Positions 37,456 through 47,341 of a stretch of DNA of 64,000 bases are shown piece after piece; position 1 is the stretch's first letter; every line of letters starts with the position of its first letter. Under the pieces are notes generated by a model, which saw nothing but the letters and a program-made list of their open reading frames with translations, did not search any database and had not been told where the DNA came from. This DNA is from an uncultured Candidatus Cloacimonadota bacterium. Its GTDB lineage: Bacteria > Cloacimonadota > Cloacimonadia > Cloacimonadales > TCS61. The position numbers and the translations under genes are program-made. Location: positions 38,046-102,045 of the forward strand of contig CAYSSJ010000003.1 of NCBI GenBank assembly GCA_964433675.1, written 5' to 3'.

Positions 37456-39303
37456 ATGAAAAATGAGAAATACGATATTATAGTAATTGGTGCCGGACAT
37501 GCCGGGATAGAGGCAGCGATGGCTGCAGCCCGGATGGGTGCGAAGGTACTCGTGTTTGTGATAAAGTTGGAATCCATAGGCAGGATGTCTTGCAATCCTT
37601 CAGTCGGCGGACCGGCAAAGGGTCACTTAGCACGAGAGATAGATGCGCTCGGTGGAGAGATAGGTAGAGTAGCAGATCTCACCGGCATCCAGTTTCGTAT
37701 GCTGAACCGGAAGAAAGGTCCGGCAGTGTGGGCGCCGAGAACACAAAATGATCGAGCTCAATACAATCTGGTGATGTGTCAAACTTTGGCACAGCAGGAT
37801 AATATCCTGATAAAAGAAGGAATCGTAGATGAGATCATACTGTCTAAAGATGGGAGAAAGGTGACCGGTGTTCGTTCGCATCTAAAAGAAGAATATTTTG
37901 CTGAGAAAGTAATCATCGCCAGCGGGACTTTTATGAAGGGGAAGGTACATGTCGGTGATCAGAGCTATAGTGCCGGTCGCGCCGGAGAGCCGGCTGCGAT
38001 GGCTCTGTCCGATTCTCTGAAAAATATCGGTTTGAAAATCGCCAGATTTAAAACGGGTACTCCACCCAGAATTGATCTGCGTACGGTCGATTTCAATAAA
38101 TTAGAAGAGCAGGGTGGAGACGAGAATCCAACCGGGTTTTCATACTATCGTGATATAACTCCCAAAAATCTGGTTAACTGCTATCTTACTTTCACAAATC
38201 CGGATACGCATAGACTGATCAAAGAAAATTTGAACAATTCTGCTCTTTATGGCGGACAGATCAGTGGAATAGGTCCGCGCTATTGTCCCTCTATCGAAGA
38301 TAAGATCGTTAAGTTCAGTCAGAAAGATCGGCATCAGATATTTATCGAGCCGGAAGGGATCGATACCTACGAAGCTTATGTAAATGGATTTTCTAATAGT
38401 CTGCCCCCTTCGGTCCAAAAGCAGATCCTCAAAACGATACCCGGTCTGGAAGAAGCAAGAGTAATCCGTTACGGCTATGCAATCGAGTATGATTATGTTG
38501 TACCGGAAGAATTGCATCCCACGCTGGAGAGCAAGAATATATCCGGATTATACCTCGCCGGTCAGATCAATGGTACTTCCGGCTACGAAGAGGCAGCTGC
38601 TCAAGGTTTGACTGCCAGCATCAATGCGGTTTTGAGTTTGGATAAGAAAGATCCGATTATTTTCGAGCGCTCTCAATCTTATATTGGAGTACTGGTAGAT
38701 GACCTGGTGACCAAGGGTACTAATGAACCATATAGATTGTTCACTTCCAGAGCTGAATATCGTCTTTATCTTAGGCAAGATAATGCAGATGAAAGACTGA
38801 TGCCATTGGGATATAGACTCGGCTTGGTCTCCAGCTCCAGATGGCAAAGATTTCAGAAAATGTTGAGTATAAAAAACAGAGAAAGAGAAAACCTTGCCCA
38901 AATCAACACAAAACCAAGCAAAGATCTGAAAGAACCGATGCGTTTGCTATCCCTTCTCAAACGTCCGGAAATAGAGTTTGATGACTTGAAAAAGTATGGT
39001 TATCATCCGGCAGATGATGTAGATGAAGATATCAAAAGAAGACTGAGTTTGGAAATAAAATATGAAGGCTATCTGAAACGGCAATTGGCAGATATAGAGA
39101 AATTCGAATCTATGGAGCATGCTGTTATCCCAGACGGTCTTGAATATGTCAAAATTGATACGATCGCTTATGAAGCACGGGAAAAATTGGCAAAGATCAG
39201 ACCTTATTCTATCGGACAGGCAGCCAGAATACCAGGAGTTAACTATACCGATATCTTGGCTCTGATTGTATATCTAAAAAAAATGGAGCGAGGTAGCGGA
39301 TGA
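37456..39303 (+). CDS. mnmG: tRNA uridine-5-carboxymethylaminomethyl modification enzyme
   Basis: [61 protein letters not shown]. Confidence 0.98.
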   Translation: MKNEKYDIIVIGAGHAGIEAAMAAARMGAKVLVFVIKLESIGRMSCNPSVGGPAKGHLAREIDALGGEIGRVADLTGIQFRMLNRKKGPAVWAPRTQNDRAQYNLVMCQTLAQQDNILIKEGIVDEIILSKDGRKVTGVRSHLKEEYFAEKVIIASGTFMKGKVHVGDQSYSAGRAGEPAAMALSDSLKNIGLKIARFKTGTPPRIDLRTVDFNKLEEQGGDENPTGFSYYRDITPKNLVNCYLTFTNPDTHRLIKENLNNSALYGGQISGIGPRYCPSIEDKIVKFSQKDRHQIFIEPEGIDTYEAYVNGFSNSLPPSVQKQILKTIPGLEEARVIRYGYAIEYDYVVPEELHPTLESKNISGLYLAGQINGTSGYEEAAAQGLTASINAVLSLDKKDPIIFERSQSYIGVLVDDLVTKGTNEPYRLFTSRAEYRLYLRQDNADERLMPLGYRLGLVSSSRWQRFQKMLSIKNRERENLAQINTKPSKDLKEPMRLLSLLKRPEIEFDDLKKYGYHPADDVDEDIKRRLSLEIKYEGYLKRQLADIEKFESMEHAVIPDGLEYVKIDTIAYEAREKLAKIRPYSIGQAARIPGVNYTDILALIVYLKKMERGSG

Positions 39304-40082
39304 GATTTGCAATATTTATTGTGATGCTTATAAGTATTTGTGCGGCACCCTCCGCTGAAGCACAAAATTCTCCCGGCTCTGTTGGACAAGATAGGGTGGT
39401 TGCTATACCACGCTGGTTGCATGAGCTTCCCGAGGGAGATTTTACCATCGGGATTTCACACCGGGAGAGAGATGAAGAGAACATGCAAGCGTATGCCAAG
39501 CAATATGCCACTGTATCCAAGAGCAGAAACGATAATAGTATTTGTATCATCAAATATACTCACCAAAGTTCGGATCTGACCCATAAAGATGCGGAAGCAA
39601 GATTTGAGATCAATGTTAGTGCATCTCCCGATAGCCTCATGAAGATCTATAAGGCATTGGAATTGATAGATAACTACAATCTATACGAAAATTTTGTGGG
39701 AATTTACTCCAATCAGAAAAGGGAGTTGTCCGATTACTATCGCGATACTATAACTCCCTACTTGGATGCGCAAGAGTTTGCAGAGCCGATAATAGTAAAG
39801 GATACCAAAGTGGAAAGCTACTCTACCGGCAGTTCGACTAATCTGATCAGTGCTTGGGATAGAGCAGCGGAAATTGCTCGTAATCAATTAGCAGCTTATG
39901 TGCAAAAAAATGTGCAATCATTTGTTGGCAGAGTAGATGAAAAGATGCACAAAGATATCGCCATAGAGACATCTATTATCCTCGGAAAGATGAGAATAAG
40001 CAAAAGCATCATCACGATGGAAATGGTAGATAATTTATTGAGTTATGTTGTCTATCTGAAAATTGAAATGGAAAGAGATTGA
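39300..40082 (+). CDS. Exported hypothetical protein, weak LPP20-like features
   Basis: Signal peptide; P.W..; A...AR.QLA..V...VQS; coupled to mnmG by an ATGA overlap. Confidence 0.55.
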   Translation: MRFAIFIVMLISICAAPSAEAQNSPGSVGQDRVVAIPRWLHELPEGDFTIGISHRERDEENMQAYAKQYATVSKSRNDNSICIIKYTHQSSDLTHKDAEARFEINVSASPDSLMKIYKALELIDNYNLYENFVGIYSNQKRELSDYYRDTITPYLDAQEFAEPIIVKDTKVESYSTGSSTNLISAWDRAAEIARNQLAAYVQKNVQSFVGRVDEKMHKDIAIETSIILGKMRISKSIITMEMVDNLLSYVVYLKIEMERD

Positions 40083-40096
40083 TAATAGGAGGAGTT

Positions 40097-40816
40097 TTGA
40101 AAGCTGTTGCTATAATACCTGCGAGATACGGTTCTTCCCGCTTCTATGGAAAACCGCTTGCCTTGTTGGCTGGCAAACCACTGATCCAACATGTTTACCA
40201 AAGAGCTCATAGAAGCGAACTATTCACCGAAATCTTGGTAGCCACCGATGATGAGAGGATCTACGATACGGTAACATCATTTGGCGGGAATGTGTGTATG
40301 ACAGGCAAACATGAGAGTGGGAGTGACAGAATAGCTGGAGTCTGCCGGAACTTAAATTGTGATGTGGTGGTAAATGTGCAAGGAGATGAACCTTTTATAA
40401 CCGCCGAAGTACTCCGAAAACTCGTTGATGCGATGCATGATAATACTATACAAGTGGCAACACTGGCTCATGAGGTAGAATCAGATGAAAATAATCCAAA
40501 CTGGGTAAAGGTAGTCTGCGATGCTTCCGGGAATGCCCTATATTTTTCCCGCGCCCCCATTCCATACTATAGAGATGGTATTTCTGGATATTTAAAGCAT
40601 ATCGGAGTCTACGCATATAGAAAACAGACTCTTTTACAATTTGTGCAGATGAAACCGAGCAGATTGGAAAAGATAGAAAACCTGGAGCAATTAAGACTAT
40701 TAGAAAACGGCATTTCTATCAGGATAGTAAAAACGGAATACAACGGTTTTGGGATAGATACACCTGAAGACCTGAAACAGGCGGAGGAATTACTTCGAAC
40801 TTCCTCCAAGCAGTGA
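40097..40816 (+). CDS. kdsB: 3-deoxy-manno-octulosonate cytidylyltransferase
   Basis: IIPARYGSSRF.GKPL, VATDD, SGSDR, NVQGDEP, ALYFSR..IP, HIGVYAY, E.LEQLR. Start TTG 40097 after AGGAGG. Confidence 0.97.
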   Translation: MKAVAIIPARYGSSRFYGKPLALLAGKPLIQHVYQRAHRSELFTEILVATDDERIYDTVTSFGGNVCMTGKHESGSDRIAGVCRNLNCDVVVNVQGDEPFITAEVLRKLVDAMHDNTIQVATLAHEVESDENNPNWVKVVCDASGNALYFSRAPIPYYRDGISGYLKHIGVYAYRKQTLLQFVQMKPSRLEKIENLEQLRLLENGISIRIVKTEYNGFGIDTPEDLKQAEELLRTSSKQ

Positions 40817-42049
40817 ATCTGCCTCCATCCAGCCGTGGGCGGTAGCATAAATTATCGAGCGGGTAAGTCCCGAGCAGTCACCCACAAATTTGAGATTATC
40901 GAAAACTTCATTCTTTAGTTTATTGGAATAAAACTTGATCTCCGGTGCATAAACAAGATTATCAGGATTTGTAATTCCGGGCAGTACGGAGTTCAGATTT
41001 TCCAAAAAGTCTATTATACTCTCGGCGATACGTCGTGGATAGGCCAAGTTGATATCACCGAGTATGAATTCATCTTCTGGTAGAGTAGGAGAGACGCGAT
41101 AAAGTTTTTTCGTTCTCTTAGAAGCCTTGAAATGCTGATAGGTTTGTAGTATCACCTTGTTTTTCCCGGCGAGAAGATTGGTTAGCTTGGCTATATGAGA
41201 GCCATAGCCAACCGGATCATTGAAAGGTTGGGTTAATTGGACGGTAGTGAGAACGGCAAAATTTGTGTTGCTGCTTTTCAGATTCAACTTGGAATGACCA
41301 TTGACAGTCATAAAATCATCATAGGATTCTGTGACTACATAACCGGAAGGATTATTGCAAAAAGTTCTTACATTATAGCCTGTTTTGCTACGATACCTGA
41401 TCTTGAACTCATACATCTCTTTATTGATGCTTTCGACGATATGATCGGGCAGTTCGAGACGAACACCAAGATCTACGGTTGTATTGTCTTTTATCAGTTG
41501 GGGATATTCTCCGATTATATTTCGTACCAGCGTATGCCCACTCCTGCCTACTGCAATGAATGCGCAATCAAAACTCTCACTCTTGTTAAGTATGATCTTG
41601 TTATTTTTGCGGGTTATATCGGTAATCTGAGAGTCGAAATGGATGTTAATGTTTTTTGCATTTCGGTATTTCTCGTAGATATTGAAAAGGACTTGGGTAA
41701 GTTGATCGGTACCGATATGATAAAACTTTGCTGTAACCGGCTGAAACCCCTTCTCATAGAATGAGTTGAAGTATCCACTGTTTAAAAATGAGTCTCCGGT
41801 TTCGATAGCTTTGGAATCTGCATATTGCAGATAGAGTTCTACCATTTGTTTTTGCAAAGCAGTCGGTACTGCGAGATCCCCACCCATATCCTCGGAGACG
41901 AATAGTTTACCATCTGCTCGAATACCTGATATACTGGATGAGTAGATATCTCTGCTTTTTTCGTACACATGGAGTTCATGCTCAGTACCTACCATCCGTT
42001 CGAGAATGCCAATAGCAGCAGCTCCAAATCCTATTATAGCTATTTTCAT
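40790..42049 (-). CDS. Uncharacterised FAD-dependent oxidoreductase (COG2509-like)
   Basis: IAIIGFGAA; ADGKL; HIGTD; AVGRSG; VDLGVR.E; RTFC.NP.G.V; VNGHS; PEIKFYS; GDCSG.TR. Confidence 0.85.
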   Translation of the reverse strand: MKIAIIGFGAAAIGILERMVGTEHELHVYEKSRDIYSSSISGIRADGKLFVSEDMGGDLAVPTALQKQMVELYLQYADSKAIETGDSFLNSGYFNSFYEKGFQPVTAKFYHIGTDQLTQVLFNIYEKYRNAKNINIHFDSQITDITRKNNKIILNKSESFDCAFIAVGRSGHTLVRNIIGEYPQLIKDNTTVDLGVRLELPDHIVESINKEMYEFKIRYRSKTGYNVRTFCNNPSGYVVTESYDDFMTVNGHSKLNLKSSNTNFAVLTTVQLTQPFNDPVGYGSHIAKLTNLLAGKNKVILQTYQHFKASKRTKKLYRVSPTLPEDEFILGDINLAYPRRIAESIIDFLENLNSVLPGITNPDNLVYAPEIKFYSNKLKNEVFDNLKFVGDCSGLTRSIIYATAHGWMEADSLLGGSSK

Positions 42050-42050
42050 A

Positions 42051-42890
42051 TTATTCACCTGTTTCAGATAAGTATTTTCTTACCTTCTCTTCTGATAAAA
42101 ACAATTCCTGAGCGATAGCAGAAACATCCCAGTCGTGCTTGGAAAGTTCTTGTGCCATCTTTTTCTGAAATTCTTGTGAACCAAAGCCGGTTTGAACTGA
42201 CGCAAGTTTTGACAATAGTTTGCCCTTGCTTCTGGATTTTGCTTTTCGTATCAGTAGCAATAAAACTGTCAGCATAATGATCAATCCTAGGCAAACTACC
42301 AGCAAAACCCAAATAGGGATGAGGTAGTTTTTGAACTCCACATTAGTCTGAATAAATTTTGCAAACCAATCTGCTTTTTCTATCTCTTGTTGAGGGAGAA
42401 TCTCTTCCTGCTCTGCCAAAGTCTCTGCCAGTTTTAGATGTCTCTCCGCTTTATTTTGGAATCCCACGATAGTATAGAAATCGGCAAAACTGCGATGCTC
42501 AGTGGCGGTAGTCGGTTTTTCGATCGAGTAGATATCATATACCAGTTTGTAACCGTCATGATAAAATCCGAAATTCATAAACACCATCTTTTTATGCATA
42601 TGAAAAACCACCTGCAAGACACAACCATTGCCTTTGGTAGTAATTTCTTTAAAGACAGGACTATGATGGATCAGTGAATCTGGGAGGTTAGCCTTCAGAT
42701 TGGCATCAAATATATATGTGATTATTTTGTCGTCCTCTTGTTCAATCTCATACTCAGGCTTCTCATCGAATACCATCACTGCTCTGGTTATCAGATCATA
42801 ATCATGATAGTAAAAATCGGTTAGTGTAGTTGAGTAGATATGGCATATCACCACGAAAAAAAGAAAAAAACCAATCCAAATCCGCTTCAT
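42051..42890 (-). CDS. Hypothetical bitopic protein: signal peptide, AMIN-like domain, TM helix, C-terminal HTH-like segment
   Basis: TRAVMVFDEKPEYEI...KLVYDI; TM IPIWVLLVVCLGLIIMLTVLLLLI; DVSAIAQELFLSEEKVRKYL. Confidence 0.55.
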   Translation of the reverse strand: MKRIWIGFFLFFVVICHIYSTTLTDFYYHDYDLITRAVMVFDEKPEYEIEQEDDKIITYIFDANLKANLPDSLIHHSPVFKEITTKGNGCVLQVVFHMHKKMVFMNFGFYHDGYKLVYDIYSIEKPTTATEHRSFADFYTIVGFQNKAERHLKLAETLAEQEEILPQQEIEKADWFAKFIQTNVEFKNYLIPIWVLLVVCLGLIIMLTVLLLLIRKAKSRSKGKLLSKLASVQTGFGSQEFQKKMAQELSKHDWDVSAIAQELFLSEEKVRKYLSETGE

Positions 42891-42958
42891 ATTAATTCCC
42901 TATTTTTTTTATAAAACAATAGAGTAAAAAGTACCACAAATTGTCAATAGCTAAGATC

Positions 42959-43606
42959 TCACTTTCGCAATTTTCGCTTGATCTGGATCATATTACGCTG
43001 AAATTTCGTGTTCTCATGATCGAAGTTTAAGGCTCGTTCTGCATAACTATAAGCCTTTTGATAATCTTTCATTTTAAAATAGAGAGATGAGATATTGTTA
43101 TTCAAGATCGGATTGTTTGAATCGTACTCAACAGCTTCCAAGAGTAATTCGAGAGCTTCCGAATATTTTTTCTTATCGATCAGGACACTGGCTTTTTTCA
43201 TCAATTCCTGAGCTCGGACATATTTTTCTCGTGCTACCACATCGGTCGCTAAATCAAGGTAACGATTATAGAGTTTGTTCATAGGTTCTTCTCTGAGTAG
43301 TTTTCTGAACAGAGGAATTGCTTCGTCCCATTTTCTCCGCATCATCAGACATTCGGCTAAGGTGAAGGTATTGAAAGAATACTGAGGATTATGCTCATAA
43401 ATAGATTTGAGGATAGATTCGGCTTCTTCGTAATTATTGAGCGATAATAGTACTAAAGCGAGGTTGAATTGATTTTCGGGAGACTCGTCTAATAACAATG
43501 CTTTTCTGAAAGCATTATATGCTTTCTTGATTTTTCCTCTATAGAGTGCTTTCTGCCCCTTTTTCCTATAGAATTTAGCCCTGAGGGAATCTATGAATAT
43601 ACTCAT
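42959..43606 (-). CDS. Tetratricopeptide-repeat protein
   Basis: Repeated TPR-like helices (QFNLALVLLSLNNYEEAESIL; YFKMKDYQKAYSYAERAL); coupled to rnfB. Confidence 0.85.
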   Translation of the reverse strand: MSIFIDSLRAKFYRKKGQKALYRGKIKKAYNAFRKALLLDESPENQFNLALVLLSLNNYEEAESILKSIYEHNPQYSFNTFTLAECLMMRRKWDEAIPLFRKLLREEPMNKLYNRYLDLATDVVAREKYVRAQELMKKASVLIDKKKYSEALELLLEAVEYDSNNPILNNNISSLYFKMKDYQKAYSYAERALNFDHENTKFQRNMIQIKRKLRK

Positions 43607-44487
43607 GAAGATTTATCCGTTTTTTTCTTCTTTTCTATTTCAGCACGCTTTTTGGCTGCTTCCGCTTTCTTTTGTGCTCGTTTCTCTTTTAGCGGATCGA
43701 AGATAGCATTGGTTGGACATACATCTGCACATTGTCCGCAATTGATACATTTATCGTATATTATCACCGCCAGATTATCCTGCATTTCGATAGCATCTTT
43801 CGGACATTTCTTCACACAGAGTCCACAGCTGATGCAGGCGGTTTTGTTACCGCATCTTTTTTTGGATTCGGCACCTTTGTCGTGTGAGCTACAGAGCACG
43901 TGGACTCGCTTGTTCTCTGCTACTAATTCGATCAAGTCGCGCGGACAAGCTTTTACACAAGCCCCGCAGCCAGTACATTTTTCTGCATCGATGATGCGCA
44001 TGCCATTTTCGTCCAAATGAATCGCATCGAAGTTACAAGCAGCGATACAGTCATTTTGAAACACACAACCATAGTTACAGAGATTCGGTCCTTTGGAGAC
44101 TAACACAGCAGCTTTGCATGTGGCAATGCCTTGGTAGTCATAGCGGAAGAAAGTATTATCTTTCCCACCGCTCTGACAGTGTATAACAGCTATTTTGCGT
44201 ACAGTAGACGAAGCTTCTATCCCCATGATCTCTGCTATTTTTTTTATTGTATCATTACCACCGGGTGCACAATCTCTTATCGGTGCATCTTGCGTCACAA
44301 TAGCCTCCGCATAGGCAAAGCAACCTGGATGGCCACAAGCTCCGCAATTTGCGCCGGGGAGAATCTCGTTTATCTGTTCGATACGCGGATCGACTTCCAC
44401 ATGAAATCTTTTGGATGCAAATGCCAGACCAAAACCGTATATCAGTCCTAAAACACCTAAAATTGCTATTGCATATATTATTGTCAT
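43603..44487 (-). CDS. rnfB: Rnf complex subunit B
   Basis: LPGANCGACGHPGC, CAPGG; several CxxCxxCxxxCP clusters. Confidence 0.95.
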   Translation of the reverse strand: MTIIYAIAILGVLGLIYGFGLAFASKRFHVEVDPRIEQINEILPGANCGACGHPGCFAYAEAIVTQDAPIRDCAPGGNDTIKKIAEIMGIEASSTVRKIAVIHCQSGGKDNTFFRYDYQGIATCKAAVLVSKGPNLCNYGCVFQNDCIAACNFDAIHLDENGMRIIDAEKCTGCGACVKACPRDLIELVAENKRVHVLCSSHDKGAESKKRCGNKTACISCGLCVKKCPKDAIEMQDNLAVIIYDKCINCGQCADVCPTNAIFDPLKEKRAQKKAEAAKKRAEIEKKKKTDKSS

Positions 44488-44502
44488 ATATCCCCCTTCA
44501 AG

Positions 44503-45090
44503 TTAGAATTGTAAACCGGCAAATCCCAAGAAAGCCATTGCCATGCAGCCGGCTACAATCATAGCTATCGGCATACCTTTCATACTTACTGGTACTTCAG
44601 CAGTTTCCAACCTTTCTCTGATTCCGCCCATCAACACAAGTACCAATGTGAATCCTATCCCGGCAAACAGTCCGTGCAGGATAGATTCCAAAAAAGTATA
44701 TTGAGATTGGATATTCAATATCGCTACACCGAGCACAGCACAATTTGTAGTGATAAGAGGCAGGAATACGCCCAAAGCTTTGTAAAGTGCAGGTGCTGTT
44801 TTTTGGATAACCATCTCCACTAATTGAACCAAAGAAGCTATCGTCAAAATGAATGCTATGGTTTGCAAAAATTGCAATTCCAAAGGAATGAGCAGGTAGT
44901 TTTGGATTATCCAAGTGATAGTAGAAGCCATTGTCATCACAAAAATCACTGCCATGCCCATACCCAAGGCGGAATCTACTTTTTTGGATACGCCGATATA
45001 AGGACATAACCCCAGAAAACGTGCTAAGACAAAATTATGAACAAATATTGCTGCTATTGCCAATGCGACTATTCTTCCAAAAAGTTCCAT
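44503..45090 (-). CDS. rnfA: Rnf complex subunit A
   Basis: NFVL.RFLGLCP, FLPLITTNCAVLG, GIRERL. Confidence 0.96.
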   Translation of the reverse strand: MELFGRIVALAIAAIFVHNFVLARFLGLCPYIGVSKKVDSALGMGMAVIFVMTMASTITWIIQNYLLIPLELQFLQTIAFILTIASLVQLVEMVIQKTAPALYKALGVFLPLITTNCAVLGVAILNIQSQYTFLESILHGLFAGIGFTLVLVLMGGIRERLETAEVPVSMKGMPIAMIVAGCMAMAFLGFAGLQF

Positions 45091-45099
45091 ATATTGCTC

Positions 45100-45687
45100 C
45101 TATTCCTTCTTAATTAGATTCATTATACCCATTAGTACACCCATCACAATGAACGCTCCCGGTGCCAATATGGCTACCAATACAGGTTGATAGGATGCAG
45201 GTGCGATGGAAAAGCCGAGAAACTCTCCGGCTCCGAGTATCTCTCTGATCGATCCGATAATGACAAGCGCTATCGTGAAGCCGATTCCCATACCGATACC
45301 ATCTGCTATTGATTTGATCAGATTATTTTTGCTGGCAAACGCTTCTGCGCGTCCGAGGATCATACAATTGACCACTATCAATGGGATAAAGATCCCCAGG
45401 TTTTTGTGCAATTCCGGCAGATAAGCATGCATCACCATATCAACGATAGTTACAAAAGATGCTATAACTACGATGTAGCAAGGGATACGGATCTTGGCAG
45501 GGATGAAACCCTTGATAAGCGAGATGATGATATTTGCACATAACAAGACAAAAGTAGATGCCATTCCCATTCCTACCGCATTCTCCACAGATGTGGTTAC
45601 TGCCAAAGTTGGGCACAGTCCCAATGCCATTACGAATACAGGATTATCTTTGAAAAAACCTTTGGTTAATTCTTGCATAGTTGTCAT
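45100..45687 (-). CDS. rnfE: Rnf complex subunit E
   Basis: NP.....LGLCPTLAVT, IRIP, FIPLIVVNC.ILGRAE, PGAF. Confidence 0.96.
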   Translation of the reverse strand: MTTMQELTKGFFKDNPVFVMALGLCPTLAVTTSVENAVGMGMASTFVLLCANIIISLIKGFIPAKIRIPCYIVVIASFVTIVDMVMHAYLPELHKNLGIFIPLIVVNCMILGRAEAFASKNNLIKSIADGIGMGIGFTIALVIIGSIREILGAGEFLGFSIAPASYQPVLVAILAPGAFIVMGVLMGIMNLIKKE

Positions 45688-46238
45688 GATCTAGCTCCTT
45701 TTGGGGAGTTTCCCGATAAACTACTCTCCAATTTATCTATCGCTTTTTGGATCGAATTTGTAATCGCTCTGCTGGTGATCGTGGCTCCGGTGATGGTCTC
45801 TATCTTACCACCATCCTTATCTATCGCGACCTCTTCTTTTTTTAGTCCGTCAAAAAGTTCTTGAAATTCCGGATCTGTACAATTAGCGCCTAGTCCGGGA
45901 GTTTCGGACTGGGATATGATCTTGATCTTATTTATGGTTTTGTCTGCATTGAGACCGACCATAGTTTGGATGTCGCTGCTATAACCATATTCGGTGGCGA
46001 TAAAGGTATATCCGACGATATTATCTTCCTCATCTCTGCCAATGTAAAAAAGAAAATCGTCTTCTGCCAACTCGAATTTCACAGCCTGTGGCATCACTTC
46101 CCGACGAGCCTCCTCTTCTGTCCTACGCCTGTTCTCTTCTATCATAGGTTGGGTAAAACTGTTTATAAAAGCGAGGATCCCACTGGCAATCGCTGTAATG
46201 ATCAGCAAAATTAAACCGAGCCTGAGATAATATTTCAT
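45684..46238 (-). CDS. rnfG: Rnf complex subunit G
   Basis: N-terminal TM; GY; ETPGLG; flavinylation motif TGATITS. Confidence 0.95.
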   Translation of the reverse strand: MKYYLRLGLILLIITAIASGILAFINSFTQPMIEENRRRTEEEARREVMPQAVKFELAEDDFLFYIGRDEEDNIVGYTFIATEYGYSSDIQTMVGLNADKTINKIKIISQSETPGLGANCTDPEFQELFDGLKKEEVAIDKDGGKIETITGATITSRAITNSIQKAIDKLESSLSGNSPKGARS

Positions 46239-47311
46239 TTCTTAACCTCCCCGAATGGATTTGGTACGGTATAACGATCTATCAGAGGAACTGCGATATT
46301 CATCAGCAATATCGAATAGGTAACACCTTCGGGATAGCCACCTGCCAATCTGATAACTACGGTCAGGATACCACATCCTATCCCGAAATATATCCTGCCA
46401 CGTTTGGTAACCGGTGAAGTAACCATATCGGTTGCCATAAAAAAGGCACCGAGGATCAAACCTCCGGAAAATATATGGAAAAATGGAAGTAAGACCGAGG
46501 CACTAAAGAGACCATCTATACCGCCGAATATCAGAGTGAGGATAAAAACTGTTCCGATATAGCTAAGTGGGATACGCCATTCAATGATATGTTTGGCAGC
46601 TAAAAATCCGGCACCGAGAAGTAGGGCAACAGCAGAAACTTCACCCAGACATCCTCCGATGTTACCCCAGAACAGTTGAAACAAAGTGTCCATACTGGTA
46701 AGGCGGTTCATAACAATATCAGCCAGTTCCGGACTTATCTGCGATGCATCCCGTAATGTTTTTGCAACCCCGAGCGGTGTGGCGGAAGTAATAACATCCG
46801 GGATATTAGCGGGTAGGTGCGTCAATCCGTTTATGGTAGATTTGATACCGGTAGCTATTCTAAAAGCGGGCTCTGGAGTGATCCATCCTGTGGTCATCAA
46901 AGTTGGCCAAGATGCTACCATAAAGGCTCTTCCGATAAGAGCCGGATTGAATGGATTATGACCCAATCCGCCGAATATATGCTTGCCGATTCCGATTGCG
47001 AATACCGCTCCGATTACCGGTAGCCACCACGGTACACCGGCATGCACATTGAACGCTAACAACATTCCCGTAACTACAGCACTTCCGTCTGAGATAGTGA
47101 CCGGTTGTTTGCGCAATTTCTGGATCACAGCTTCTGTAATCACAGCTGCAGCTATGGTATATACTGTGAGCATTAGGGCACGAAAACCAAAGAAATATAT
47201 AGCAGCCAAAAACGCAGGTGTGAGTGCGATCACAACTTGCCACATGACAGAGCGAACCGAAATGCGTTCTTTTAGGTGAGGTGCTGCAGAAACTGTATAA
47301 ACATTATTCAT
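46235..47311 (-). CDS. rnfD: Rnf complex subunit D
   Basis: APH, D.SAVVTG.LLA, FGGLG.NPFNPA, SATPL, GCLGEVS, FMATD.VTSP, GYPEG. Confidence 0.96.
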   Translation of the reverse strand: MNNVYTVSAAPHLKERISVRSVMWQVVIALTPAFLAAIYFFGFRALMLTVYTIAAAVITEAVIQKLRKQPVTISDGSAVVTGMLLAFNVHAGVPWWLPVIGAVFAIGIGKHIFGGLGHNPFNPALIGRAFMVASWPTLMTTGWITPEPAFRIATGIKSTINGLTHLPANIPDVITSATPLGVAKTLRDASQISPELADIVMNRLTSMDTLFQLFWGNIGGCLGEVSAVALLLGAGFLAAKHIIEWRIPLSYIGTVFILTLIFGGIDGLFSASVLLPFFHIFSGGLILGAFFMATDMVTSPVTKRGRIYFGIGCGILTVVIRLAGGYPEGVTYSILLMNIAVPLIDRYTVPNPFGEVKK

Positions 47312-47341
47312 ATATCCTCCAAATCATTATTCTCATCTATA

